A stretch of DNA of 64,000 bases from Nitrososphaerota archaeon (GTDB lineage: Archaea > Thermoproteota > Nitrososphaeria_A > Caldarchaeales > Calditenuaceae): positions 32,001 to 96,000 of the forward strand of contig JAVQSZ010000005.1 of assembly GCA_033581555.1 (NCBI GenBank), given 5' to 3'. Below, in pieces: positions 30,144 through 39,568 of the stretch. The translations under genes and the position numbers were made by a program. Position 1 is the stretch's first letter, and every line of letters starts with the position of its first letter. The notes under the pieces are model-generated. The model saw only the letters and a program-made list of their open reading frames with translations. It ran no database searches and was not told where the DNA came from.

Positions 30144-32501
30144 TCACCTCGCGGCGGACTTGATCGCCCTGAGGACCTTCTCCGGCGTCAGCGGCATGTC
30201 GACGTGCTTGACCCCGAGGTGCGCCAACGCGTCGAGGACCGCGTTCACTACTGCCGGCGTGGAGGCTATCGTCCCCGCCTCTCCGATCCCCTTCACCCCT
30301 AGCGGGTTGTGCGGCGAGGGCGTGACCGTCGAGTCCGTCACGATGTCCGGGATCTCCACGGCGGTCGGGACCAAGTAGTCGTTCAGCGTGGAGGTGAGGA
30401 GGTTGCCAGACGCGTCGTAGACCGCCTCCTCGTAGAGCGCTTGCGCGAGCCCCTGCGCGATGCCCCCGTGGATCTGACCCTCGACGATCATCGGGTTGAT
30501 CTGGTTGCCGCAGTCGTCGACAGCGACGTACTTCAACAGCTCGACCCGGCCGCTCTCCGGGTCCACCTCGACGACGCAGACGTGCGTCCCGAACGGGAAG
30601 GTGAAGTTCTGCGGGTCGTAGAAGACCGTCGCCTCGAGGCCGGGCTCCATCCCGCTGGGGATCTCGTTGGCTCCGGCTCCGTAGGCTGCGAGCGCGACCT
30701 CCTGTATCGTCTTGGACCTCTCCGGCGCCTCCCTGACGTAGAACTTCCCCGCCTCGAAGACCAGGTCCTCCTCCCTCACCTCGAGCATGTGGGCCGCTAT
30801 CCTCCTCGCCTTCTCCAATACCCTGTCGCACGCCAACGCGATCGCTCCTCCCGCGACCGGAGTCGTCCTGCTCCCGTAGGTCCCCATCCCGAAAGGCACC
30901 TGATCGGTGTCGCCGTGGATCACCTCGACGTCCTCGAACGGCACGCCGAGCTTGTCCGCGACGATCTGGGCGAATGTCGTCTCCTCGCCCTGGCCGTGCG
31001 GGTGACCTCCAGTGAAGACCGAGACCTTCCCGCTCGGGTGGACCCTAACGACCGCGCTCTCCCAGAGGCCGAGCCCGAACCCCAGCGACCTCACCGCGGC
31101 CGACGGACCCATCCCGCAGATCTCGACGTAACTCGAGATCCCGACCCCGATCAGCCTGCCCCTCTCCCTCGCCCTCCTCTGCTCCTCCCTCCACTTCCGG
31201 TACTCCGCGAGCTCCAGCGCCCTCCTGAAGGCCCTCTCGTAGTCGCCGCTGTCGTAGACGAGGGCTATCGGGGTCTGGTAAGGGAACCTGTCCTTCGGTA
31301 TGAAGTTCCTCGCCCTGACATCCGCGGGGTCCATTCCGAGTTCCCTCGCGACGAGGTCCATTACCCGCTCGAGGATGTAGGTCGCCTCAGGCCTGCCCGC
31401 GCCCCTGTAGGCGTCGACCGGGGCCGTGTTGGTCAACGCCCCTACGACCTCGACCGATATACCCTTGATCGCGTACGGGCCCGAGAGCATCGGTCCGAAG
31501 AGGATCGTCGGGATGCCGGGGGCAGCGGTGGAGATGTAAGCACCGAGGTTCGCGTAGGACTTCACCTTCAGGCCCAGGACCTTTCCGTCCTTCGTCGCCG
31601 CGGCCTCGACGTACTGGACGTGGTCCCTGCCGTGGATCGTGGAGGTGAAGTTCTCCTCCCTGGACTCGACCCACTTGACCGGGAGCTCCAGCCTCTTCGC
31701 GAGGTGCAGGACCACGGCCTCAGGGCCGTAGCAGTGGATCTTCGACCCGAAGCCTCCTCCGACGTCGTAGGAGACGACCCTCAGCTTATGTTCGGGTATC
31801 CCGGTGATCACCGAGAGGAGGAACCTGTGGACGTGCGGGTTCTGCGATGTCAAGTAGACAGTCGACCTGTCCGAGAACCTGTCGTAGACCGCGAGCGCGG
31901 CCCTCGTCTCCAGCGCGGTGGGCTGGAGCCTCGAGTTCACCATCCTCTGCTTCACCACGACGTCCGCCTGCGAGAACGCGCCCTCGACGTCGCCTCCCGA
32001 CGCCCTCCAGGTGAAGGCCCTGTTGTCCGGGACCTCGTCGTAGAGCTGTGGGGCGCCAGGCTGGACCGCCTTCTCCGGGTCGGTCACCGCGGGGAGCTGC
32101 TCGAACTCGGCCTTCACGAGCCCTGCCGCGTCCGCGGCCGCGTAGGGAGAGCGGGCGACGACGACCGCATAGGGATCGCCGACGTACCTCACCCTGTCGA
32201 CCGCGACCGGCATGTACTTCGGGACCTTGAGGTCCGCTCCGGGTATCAGCCAGGCTGTCGGCACTGGGCCCATCGAGTCCGCGAGGTCGCGGCCAGTGAA
32301 GGCCGCGATCACGCCGTCGGCCTTCAGTGCCCTCGAGACGTCGACCGACTTGATCCTCGCGTGGGCGTACGGGCTCCTCACGAAGTGGGCGTAGACCGTG
32401 CCCGGGAGCGTGATGTCCGCGGTGAACCTCCCCTTTCCGGTGATCAGCCTCGGGTCCTCCTTCCTCTTAACCTTGGCACCGAACAGCTTAGTTACCGCCA
32501 T
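30144..32501 (-). CDS. Xanthine dehydrogenase-family molybdopterin large subunit (form II CoxL/CutL-like)
   Basis: RKEDPRLITG, GGGFGSK, AYRGAGRPE, GQGEET, TYGSR, KGIGE. Confidence 0.93.
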   Translation of the reverse strand: MAVTKLFGAKVKRKEDPRLITGKGRFTADITLPGTVYAHFVRSPYAHARIKSVDVSRALKADGVIAAFTGRDLADSMGPVPTAWLIPGADLKVPKYMPVAVDRVRYVGDPYAVVVARSPYAAADAAGLVKAEFEQLPAVTDPEKAVQPGAPQLYDEVPDNRAFTWRASGGDVEGAFSQADVVVKQRMVNSRLQPTALETRAALAVYDRFSDRSTVYLTSQNPHVHRFLLSVITGIPEHKLRVVSYDVGGGFGSKIHCYGPEAVVLHLAKRLELPVKWVESREENFTSTIHGRDHVQYVEAAATKDGKVLGLKVKSYANLGAYISTAAPGIPTILFGPMLSGPYAIKGISVEVVGALTNTAPVDAYRGAGRPEATYILERVMDLVARELGMDPADVRARNFIPKDRFPYQTPIALVYDSGDYERAFRRALELAEYRKWREEQRRARERGRLIGVGISSYVEICGMGPSAAVRSLGFGLGLWESAVVRVHPSGKVSVFTGGHPHGQGEETTFAQIVADKLGVPFEDVEVIHGDTDQVPFGMGTYGSRTTPVAGGAIALACDRVLEKARRIAAHMLEVREEDLVFEAGKFYVREAPERSKTIQEVALAAYGAGANEIPSGMEPGLEATVFYDPQNFTFPFGTHVCVVEVDPESGRVELLKYVAVDDCGNQINPMIVEGQIHGGIAQGLAQALYEEAVYDASGNLLTSTLNDYLVPTAVEIPDIVTDSTVTPSPHNPLGVKGIGEAGTIASTPAVVNAVLDALAHLGVKHVDMPLTPEKVLRAIKSAAR

Positions 32502-32560
32502 GCACCGTGACGATCTCCGACCGATAGAAAATTTTTTCGACAAACACGAAGTCGAGGTTA

Positions 32561-33019
32561 GTGGACATGTCGGGAGGCGAGGGCGCCGCGGTCAAGACCA
32601 GGACGAGGAGGGAGAGATCGGCGGGGTGCGTCGTCTTCCACGTCTCACCGGACGGTCAGAGGAGGTACCTCGTGCTCCATTACCCGAACGGGCACTGGGA
32701 CTTCCCGAAGGGCCACGTCGAGAGGGGCGAGGACGACTTCGAGGCGGCCCTGAGGGAGCTCAAGGAGGAGACAGGGATCTCTCAGGTCGAGCCGGTCCTC
32801 GGCTTCAGGCGTGAGGTCTCGTACTTCTTCACGGACTCGGGCGAGCGGGTCGCCAAGACGGTCGTCTACTTCGCGGTGAGGGCCCTGAGCCCAGAGGTCA
32901 GACTCTCTGAGGAACACTTGAGTTACGAGTGGCTCGCCTACGAGGACGCGATGAAGAGGCTCTCCTTCAGGACCTCGAGGGCGCTGCTCGAGGAGGTCGA
33001 GAGGCTGCTCGCGTCGTAG
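32561..33019 (+). CDS. Nudix hydrolase, Ap4A hydrolase-like
   Basis: SAG, HWDFPKGHVERGE...AALRELKEETG, LSEEH. Confidence 0.92.
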   Translation: MDMSGGEGAAVKTRTRRERSAGCVVFHVSPDGQRRYLVLHYPNGHWDFPKGHVERGEDDFEAALRELKEETGISQVEPVLGFRREVSYFFTDSGERVAKTVVYFAVRALSPEVRLSEEHLSYEWLAYEDAMKRLSFRTSRALLEEVERLLAS

Positions 33020-33064
33020 TACGGAGCTCCGCCGGCTTAAGGTCCAGCCCCACGACCTCGGGCG

Positions 33065-33397
33065 TCAGAGGACCTGCGCTCCCTGATGTATGTCCCTCTC
33101 CGGGACGATCGGCACGACGTTGGACTCGTCGGTCATCGCTGCCAGTATCATGCACTCCGAGACCAGCCCCTTAACCTTCTTCGGCCTGAGGTTGGTCACG
33201 AAGACGAACTTCCTGTTGATGAAGTGCTCCGGGCCGTAGAGGTGCCCCAGTCCCGCGAGCGCCTGCTTCCTGAACGTCCCGAAGTCGACCGTCAGCCTGA
33301 TCAGTCTGTCCGTGCCCTGGACCCTCTCAGCCTCGATCACCATCCCGACCCTGATGTCCGCGCGCCTGAACTCAGAGATGTCCAGCTCCGATGACAA
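33065..33397 (-). CDS. Trbp111/CsaA-like tRNA-binding protein
   Basis: DIRVG, VDFG, NLRPKKVKGLVSECMIL. Confidence 0.9.
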   Translation of the reverse strand: MSSELDISEFRRADIRVGMVIEAERVQGTDRLIRLTVDFGTFRKQALAGLGHLYGPEHFINRKFVFVTNLRPKKVKGLVSECMILAAMTDESNVVPIVPERDIHQGAQVL

Positions 33398-33547
33398 GCC
33401 GCTCCCTGTCTCGCGGACCTGGTTGATTAAGGTGGCGAGGCAAAGGTAAGGAAGCTGCCTCCCGATCGGGGATTACGGGCCCGATGCCTCATACGGATAT
33501 CGCGCACTCCAGTTAAATACGGATCGAGGCGACGGCACGGGGGTAGG

Positions 33548-35290
33548 ATGGTCAAGGTCCACGGGCCGCTCGAGGAGGCGAGGCCTGCGCTGAGGAGGGT
33601 CTACGTCAGGGAGGTGGTGCTCGAGAACTTCATGTCGCACGAGTACAGCAGGGTCAGGGTCTCCAGAGGGATCAACCTGATCACCGGACCTAACGGCGCC
33701 GGGAAGTCCTCGATATTGCTCGGGATATCGGTCGCGCTGGGCCAGAGCTACACCGAGAGGGGCGAGAGGCTCGCGGACCTCATCAGGAGGGGCAGGGACT
33801 CGGCGAGGGTATCGGTCGTGCTCGACAACTCGCCGGTCGACGGCGAGCGCCCCGTCAGGTCCATCCCGCTGGACACCATCACGATCACCCGTTACATCAA
33901 GAGGACCGGGGAGTACTGGCACTACGTCAACAACAGGTTCAGGACGAAGGCCGAGGTCGACCAGCTCCTCAGGTCGCTGGGGATCAACCCGAACAACCTC
34001 CTGATCGTGATGCACCAGAACATGATAGAGGAGTTCGCGGCCCGCGACGACTCCGAGAAGCTCAGGATGCTCGAGGACGCGGTCGGGCTATCCTCAATGA
34101 GGGAGAGGATCCTGCAGGCTCAGGAGAGGCTCTCGTCCCTAATGGGCGAGGTGAACGCCGTGAGGAGGGCCCTCGAGGAGGCAGCGGCCGCCGTCGAGTA
34201 CTGGAAGTCCGAGGTCGAGAAGCTCTCGAGGAAGAGGGAGCTCGAGTCGAGGAGGACGGCCCTTGAGCTGGAGTTCCTCTGGAGCCTCGCGAGGTCGACC
34301 GAGCTCGCTGTGAGGAGGAAGTCGGAGCTGCTCGATCAGGTCAGGTCGGAGCTCTTTGGTCTCAGGGCCGAGGAGGCCGAGGTCTCCGAGACGCTGAGGT
34401 CGAGGAGGTCGGCGCTCGCGGAGCTGCTGAGGTCGGGAGGCGGCGACGTCGAGTCGGTCCTGAGGGAAGTCGACGGGCTGATCGAACTGGCGGCGCGGAG
34501 GGGCGTGATCGGGTACAGGATCGGCGAGCTGGAGAGGGAGGGCAGGGCCCTCGAGAGGGAGATCAGGGCCCTCGAGAGGGAGCTCGACGAGAGGGTCAGG
34601 GCCGCGTCGGAGAGGGGGCCGCGGGTCGAGACCGACCGGGAGCCCTCCGAGGTCCAGGAGGAGCTGAAGTTCGTCGCGCTCCAGCTCTCCTCGTTCGGGA
34701 CCGTCGTCGGCGAGGCGGAGGAGATGTACTTCATGGCGGACTCGAAGTTCAGGAGCCTCCAGATCAGGGCCGAGGAGCTGGAGCAGAACGTCAGGAGGGC
34801 GCTCGAGGAGGTCGAGCACCGGAAGAGGGTCTGGAGGGAGAAGCTCGAGGAGCTGGTCAGCGAGGTCAACCCCGTCTACGATGAGATCCTCTCCAGCGTT
34901 GGAGGCACCGGCGCGATCAGGGTCAGGGGGCTCGAGGACCCGGCGACCGCGAGGCTCGAGCTCTACGCCGGCTTCAGGGGCAACCCGGCGACGCTCCTCG
35001 ACGCGAGGGCCCACAGCGGCGGCGAGAGGGTGCTGGCGACGCTGGGCTTCCTACTCGCGGTCCAATCGAGGGTCAAGTCGCCCTTCAGGGCCGTCGACGA
35101 GTTCGACGTCCACCTCGACCCGCTGAACAGGGAGAGGATGATGACGATGCTGCTCGAGACCGCCCGGAGGCACGGCGACGTCCAGTACATCATCATCACG
35201 CCCGGCAGGGTCCCCGAGATGGAGGGCGTCAACCTGATCGTGGTCCAGAACGTCTCGGGCCGCTCCATCGTGACCGGTGGTCAGGGATGA
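33548..35290 (+). CDS. Short hinge-less SMC-family ATPase with SMC5/6-like head motifs
   Basis: LENFMSH, GPNGAGKSS, Q-loop VMHQ, central coiled coil, signature HSGGER, Walker B/D-loop PFRAVDEFDVHLD. Confidence 0.9.
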   Translation: MVKVHGPLEEARPALRRVYVREVVLENFMSHEYSRVRVSRGINLITGPNGAGKSSILLGISVALGQSYTERGERLADLIRRGRDSARVSVVLDNSPVDGERPVRSIPLDTITITRYIKRTGEYWHYVNNRFRTKAEVDQLLRSLGINPNNLLIVMHQNMIEEFAARDDSEKLRMLEDAVGLSSMRERILQAQERLSSLMGEVNAVRRALEEAAAAVEYWKSEVEKLSRKRELESRRTALELEFLWSLARSTELAVRRKSELLDQVRSELFGLRAEEAEVSETLRSRRSALAELLRSGGGDVESVLREVDGLIELAARRGVIGYRIGELEREGRALEREIRALERELDERVRAASERGPRVETDREPSEVQEELKFVALQLSSFGTVVGEAEEMYFMADSKFRSLQIRAEELEQNVRRALEEVEHRKRVWREKLEELVSEVNPVYDEILSSVGGTGAIRVRGLEDPATARLELYAGFRGNPATLLDARAHSGGERVLATLGFLLAVQSRVKSPFRAVDEFDVHLDPLNRERMMTMLLETARRHGDVQYIIITPGRVPEMEGVNLIVVQNVSGRSIVTGGQG

Positions 35291-36033
35291 GGCCGGTGGA
35301 GGTAAGGGTGGAGGAGCTGAGGAGGATGGCGGCGGCCCTCGAGTCGGTCCTCAGCATGAAGGTCGAGCCCTTCACCGTCAACGTCGCCTCGCTCCTCAGG
35401 AGGCTCAGGTCGATCGTCGAGGAGAGCAGGGACCTCGAGACGGTCGTCCTCGACGCCGAGGTCCTCTACAGGGTCTCGGTGGTCCTGGGGCTCCAGCAGA
35501 GGTACATCCTCCAGAGCGCCTCCTCACTCCTGATCGACTCCCAGCTGGTCGTCGCGAAGGTCCTCAGGTCCGAGCCCCACGAGCTCGCCGCGGCCCTCGT
35601 CTCGGCCTGGCGACCGATCGCGAGGGTCGAGCACGTCACCACACCCCTTCTCGTCAGGGCTTACGAACACTTCCTCTCGCTCCCGGGGAAGCCGGTGAGG
35701 ATCGAGGCCGGGCTATCCGCCGAGGAGAGGGCTCCGGGATGGGAGGCCTACGAGGCCGCGTTCGAGGAGGAGCTGAGGTCGCTGAAGTCGGAGCTCGAGT
35801 CCGAGGGAGGCTGGGTCGACTACTGGGAGTTCGTCTCGAGGGAGGGCGAACGCCGGAGGGCCAGCAGGGCGTATCTCCTGAGCTTCCTCATCACCCGAGG
35901 CGAGATTGAGGTCCAGTACGACCCGCTCAGGGAGGAGATCAGGGTAATGGCCGCGACCGCCCCACAGCAGAGGAGGGAGGGCGACGTCCTCTCCCTGGTG
36001 ATATCGCTGGGCCGGATGGGGCGGGGCGGCTGA
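35287..36033 (+). CDS. ScpA-like kleisin
   Basis: N-terminal VEPFTVNVASLL resembles ScpA IDPWDIDI; C-terminal winged-helix YWEFV...RAYLLSFLITRGEIEV; ATGA overlap with the SMC gene. Confidence 0.75.
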   Translation: MRPVEVRVEELRRMAAALESVLSMKVEPFTVNVASLLRRLRSIVEESRDLETVVLDAEVLYRVSVVLGLQQRYILQSASSLLIDSQLVVAKVLRSEPHELAAALVSAWRPIARVEHVTTPLLVRAYEHFLSLPGKPVRIEAGLSAEERAPGWEAYEAAFEEELRSLKSELESEGGWVDYWEFVSREGERRRASRAYLLSFLITRGEIEVQYDPLREEIRVMAATAPQQRREGDVLSLVISLGRMGRGG

Positions 36034-36104
36034 GCGCTAGACCGGTCCATGGCCAATCTCTCGCCCTCTGGGCTTCACTTCCGGCAGGGTTGAGTACCGG
36101 GTCC

Positions 36105-36150
36105 ACTTTCGGGGCGCACTCGGACTTTCGGGAGACCCTCCGTGAATTTC
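36105..36150 (+). promoter_or_regulatory. Three ANTTTC boxes upstream of the PolB2 operon
   Basis: ACTTTC at 36105, ACTTTC at 36124, AATTTC at 36145; near-match ACTTCC at 36077. Confidence 0.6.
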
Positions 36151-36175
36151 CAGGACCTCGGAGGCCTCAGGGCCG

Positions 36176-36457
36176 ATGGGCAGGACCGTCCCGACGTACA
36201 GGCAGAGGCTCCTGGCCGAGCTCGAGAGGTGGAAGTGCTTCAGGTCCGCGCTCCTGAGGGACGAGAGGTATGACTTCGACAGGCTGGTGGACCAGGCCTT
36301 CTCCTACGTCCACGCGGGCTCGATGTGCCCCGAGAGGGAGGCGTTCGAGGTGCTGGTGATATCGCTGCTCCTCGCCCACGAGTCGAGGCTCAGGTCGCTC
36401 GAGGGGGCGGCCGGCGTGGAGGCTCCGAGGGTCGGCGCGAAGGGGCTTGATCGGTAG
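36176..36457 (+). CDS. Small PolB2-associated protein (arCOG07300-like)
   Basis: MGRTVPTYR...WKCFRSALL...FDRL...LLAHE; overlaps the polB2 start. Confidence 0.85.
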   Translation: MGRTVPTYRQRLLAELERWKCFRSALLRDERYDFDRLVDQAFSYVHAGSMCPEREAFEVLVISLLLAHESRLRSLEGAAGVEAPRVGAKGLDR

Positions 36458-38630
36458 GCTGCTGGACCTGAACTTCACGCCCGACGGCGAGGCGGTCGAG
36501 CTCTGGCTCAGGCTCGGCGAGTCCGAGGTCGAGAGGGTCCGAGTCGAGTGGATGCCCTCGGTCTGCGCGGTAGGGCCCGGAGGCGCGCTCGAGGAGCTCG
36601 CGAGGGCGTTCTGTGAGCGCTCGGAGCTGGTGACGGCCTCCGAGGAGCCCGGGAGGGATCCCAGGCCGGCGTTGAGGATCAGGGCGAAGGCCTGGGAGAG
36701 GAGAGAGGTCGCGAGGCTTATCGAGTCGTCCTTCGGAAGGTCAGGAGTCAGGGTCTACGACGTCGACGTCCCGGCGCTCCAGCAGTTCCTCTATGAGCAC
36801 GGGCTCTTCCCGACCGCGCTGGTCGAGGTCTCCGGAGACCGGCTGAGGACCATCGACTCGAGGGAGGACGCGGACTACGACGTCTCGTGGGTCAGGGTCG
36901 CGGAGCTCGAAGTCTCGACGCGGCGAGGCTCAGCTTACCCGGGCCTCGACGAGCCCCTGGGTTCCGTGAGGCTGACCTCGAGGGAGGGGGAGGTGGAGCT
37001 GGACGGCGACGAGCCCGGCGTCCTCGAGGAGCTGATGAGGGCGGTGGAGCCCTTCGACGTGCTGTTGGTCAAAGGCGGCGACTCTTTCGCGATGCACTAC
37101 CTCCGCCACAGGGCGTCGGTGAACGGCGTCGAGCTCGAGCTGGGGAGGGAGAGGTCTCCGAGACCGAGGAGGGGCTCGAGGGCCTACTGGAGCTACGGCA
37201 GGGTCTACAGGAGGCACAGCGCCTTCAGGTTGAGGGGAAGGGTCCACGTCGACCCTCTCAACTCCTTCGTCTACTCCCACACGGGGCTCTTCGGCCTCCT
37301 CGAGGTCGCGAGGACCTGCGTAGTCCCGCTCCACGACGCCGCAAGGTACACGATCGGGCAGTGCATGACCTCCCTCCAGTTCGAGGTCGCGAGCAGGAGG
37401 AAAGCGCTGGTGCCCTGGAGGGCCGGGAGACCGCTCTACTTCACCCTCGGGGAGCTCAGCGTGATGGACAGGGGAGGACTCACGCTTGACCACAGACCCG
37501 GAGTCTACTGGGGAGTCGCGGAGGTGGACTTCCAGAGCATGTACCCGATGATCATCCTGACGAGGAACGTCAGCGCGGAGACCGTGAACTGCGGGTGCTG
37601 CGGCGGCCGCGGGACGCCGATCCCGGAGATAGGAGGCCACACCTGCTCGAGGAGGGTAGGGCTGGTCCCGGAGGCGATATCGCTCCCTCTCAGGAAGAGG
37701 CTCGCGTACAAGTCGATGCTTAGGGAGGGAAAGGGCGACCCGGAGGTCCTCAGGGCGAGGTCGGACGCGCTGAAGTGGGTACTCGTCTCCTCCTTCGGGT
37801 ATCTGGGCTTCAGGAAGGCGAAGTTCGGGTCTAGGCTCGCCCACATGGCCGTCTGCGCCCACGCCAGGGACGCGCTGCTGAGGGCGGTAAGGGTCGCGGA
37901 GCGAATGGGCTTCGAGGTCGTCCACGGGATCGTCGACTCGCTCTGGGTCAGGAGGGAGGGTGCAGCCGAGGAGGATTACTCGGAGCTGGTGAGGGCGATC
38001 GAAGAGGAGACCGGCCTGCCCGCGGCCCTCGAGGGGACCTACAGGTGGATCGCGTTCCTCCCCTCGAAGTCCTCCCCCCTCAGGCCCGTGAACGGGAGGT
38101 ACTTCGGCTTCAGGACCGACGGCAGGGCCAAGTTCAGGGGGATTGAGGCGAGGAGGTCGGACACGCCGCCGCTGGTCGCGAGGATGCAGCTGGAGATGCT
38201 CGAAGTCCTCTCGAGGGTCGAAGCCCCGCAGGACCTGCCTGGAGCGGTGGAGGAGTGCTTCGGTGTGCTGAGGAGGTACGAGAGGGACCTGGTGCTGGGG
38301 AGGGTCGGAGTGGAGGACTTGGTGGTGACGGTGAGGCTCTCGAGGGACCCCTTCGGCTACTTCAACAGGGTCAGGCAGGCGGTCGCCGCGAGGAGGCTCC
38401 TGAGGATGGGCGTGGAGGTGGGGGCCGGGAGCGTCGTCAGCTACGTCGCCCTCGGGGACAGCTCCGCGCCCTACCCATCGGAGAAGCCCATAAGTCCGGC
38501 CTGTTGCTCGACGGAGTTCTACCTGAACGCGCTCAGAAGGGCCGCGGAGACGATCCTCTCGCCGCTGGTCCGTGCGGTCGCTGGGGCACGCGGCGGACCA
38601 GTCCCCGTCAGGGCCTCAGCAACACCTTGA
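36447..38630 (+). CDS. polB2: Family B DNA polymerase, PolB2 group
   Basis: DRGG, motif A DFQSMYP, motif B KWVLVSSFGYLG, variant motif C HGIVDSLW, RGIEARRSD; degenerate exonuclease domain. Confidence 0.92.
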   Translation: MIGRLLDLNFTPDGEAVELWLRLGESEVERVRVEWMPSVCAVGPGGALEELARAFCERSELVTASEEPGRDPRPALRIRAKAWERREVARLIESSFGRSGVRVYDVDVPALQQFLYEHGLFPTALVEVSGDRLRTIDSREDADYDVSWVRVAELEVSTRRGSAYPGLDEPLGSVRLTSREGEVELDGDEPGVLEELMRAVEPFDVLLVKGGDSFAMHYLRHRASVNGVELELGRERSPRPRRGSRAYWSYGRVYRRHSAFRLRGRVHVDPLNSFVYSHTGLFGLLEVARTCVVPLHDAARYTIGQCMTSLQFEVASRRKALVPWRAGRPLYFTLGELSVMDRGGLTLDHRPGVYWGVAEVDFQSMYPMIILTRNVSAETVNCGCCGGRGTPIPEIGGHTCSRRVGLVPEAISLPLRKRLAYKSMLREGKGDPEVLRARSDALKWVLVSSFGYLGFRKAKFGSRLAHMAVCAHARDALLRAVRVAERMGFEVVHGIVDSLWVRREGAAEEDYSELVRAIEEETGLPAALEGTYRWIAFLPSKSSPLRPVNGRYFGFRTDGRAKFRGIEARRSDTPPLVARMQLEMLEVLSRVEAPQDLPGAVEECFGVLRRYERDLVLGRVGVEDLVVTVRLSRDPFGYFNRVRQAVAARRLLRMGVEVGAGSVVSYVALGDSSAPYPSEKPISPACCSTEFYLNALRRAAETILSPLVRAVAGARGGPVPVRASATP

Positions 38631-39567
38631 GCGTCCCTGGAGACGACGCGGACGCAAAGGCCTCCCTGTGCTCCTCGAGCCTGTGAACGGCGTCGACCAG
38701 CCTCCTGACGTCGACCAGTCCCCTCTCGAGCGCCCTGATGGCCGGCCTGAAGGGCCCGCACCTCGAGCCCACGACGTGGACTTCATCGACGACGACCTTC
38801 GCGAGGTCGATCCTGTAATCGGCTGCGATCGTCGACTTCAGGACCAAGTAGCCCCGCGGCCTGACGAGCTTCAGCGCGGTCGCCAACCCCTCCGCCCTCC
38901 CGGTGGCCTCGACCACGAGGTCGTAGGAGGACTCCTCGCCCGGGGCCACGCCCTCGACCGCGTCGATCCCGAGCTCTCTCAGCAACCCGACCTTCCTCCC
39001 GTGCTTCCCGATCACCCTCAGCCTCGAGACCCTGTCCCTCAAGACCTGAGCGATCAGGTTAGCGAGCCTCCCGTCGCCGACCACGCAGGCGCTCCAGCTG
39101 GGGTCGACATGGACCTGCTCGAGGACCTCGAAGGCCGCAGCGAGGGGCTCCACGAAGACCGCCCTCTCGTCTTCCACCGAGTCCGGGACCCTGTGGAGGT
39201 TCTCGACCGGGAGCCTCAGGTACTCCGCGAACGCACCGTCCCTTCCCTTGATCCCGAGGACCGTCCTGCTCCTGCAGTGCCTCCTCAGCCCTATCGAGCA
39301 CATGTCGCACCTTCCGCAGGCGGCGTTGATCTCGCCCACCACCCTCGCGCCCACGAGGTCGCTCCTGTCAGACTCGACCACCTCGCCGACGAACTCGTGC
39401 CCCGGCACCCCCTTGAAGCCCGCGTAGCCCTTGAGTATCTGGAGGTCGGTGCCGCATATCCCTGCGAGCCTGACTTTGATCAGCACCTCCCCGTCCCGCT
39501 CGACCCTATGGTCCTCGACGAGCCTGATCTCCCTGCCGTTGAAGTAGAGGGCCCTGCACTCCACCAT
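38608..39567 (-). CDS. Zinc-dependent MDR alcohol dehydrogenase
   Basis: GICGTD, GHEFVG, structural Zn CxxCxxC...C, VEPLAA. Confidence 0.93.
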   Translation of the reverse strand: MVECRALYFNGREIRLVEDHRVERDGEVLIKVRLAGICGTDLQILKGYAGFKGVPGHEFVGEVVESDRSDLVGARVVGEINAACGRCDMCSIGLRRHCRSRTVLGIKGRDGAFAEYLRLPVENLHRVPDSVEDERAVFVEPLAAAFEVLEQVHVDPSWSACVVGDGRLANLIAQVLRDRVSRLRVIGKHGRKVGLLRELGIDAVEGVAPGEESSYDLVVEATGRAEGLATALKLVRPRGYLVLKSTIAADYRIDLAKVVVDEVHVVGSRCGPFRPAIRALERGLVDVRRLVDAVHRLEEHREAFASASSPGTLKVLLRP

Positions 39568-39568
39568 C

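Noticed and set aside
30309-32510. 733-aa antisense ORF and similar long shadow ORFs (e.g. 57973-59460, 62473-63762)
   Set aside because: Antisense to well-supported genes; expected from strong GC3 bias; no recognisable motifs
21272-33523. Identical 12-mer GTTAAATACGGA upstream of tRNA-Tyr and the SMC gene
   Set aside because: Mostly explained by the TATA consensus; too short to imply co-regulation
33548-36457. Wadjet/MksBEFG or Lamassu-type defence system
   Set aside because: No adjacent KITE, JetD-type nuclease or effector; the context is core genome, and top6A is a canonical copy 15 kb away
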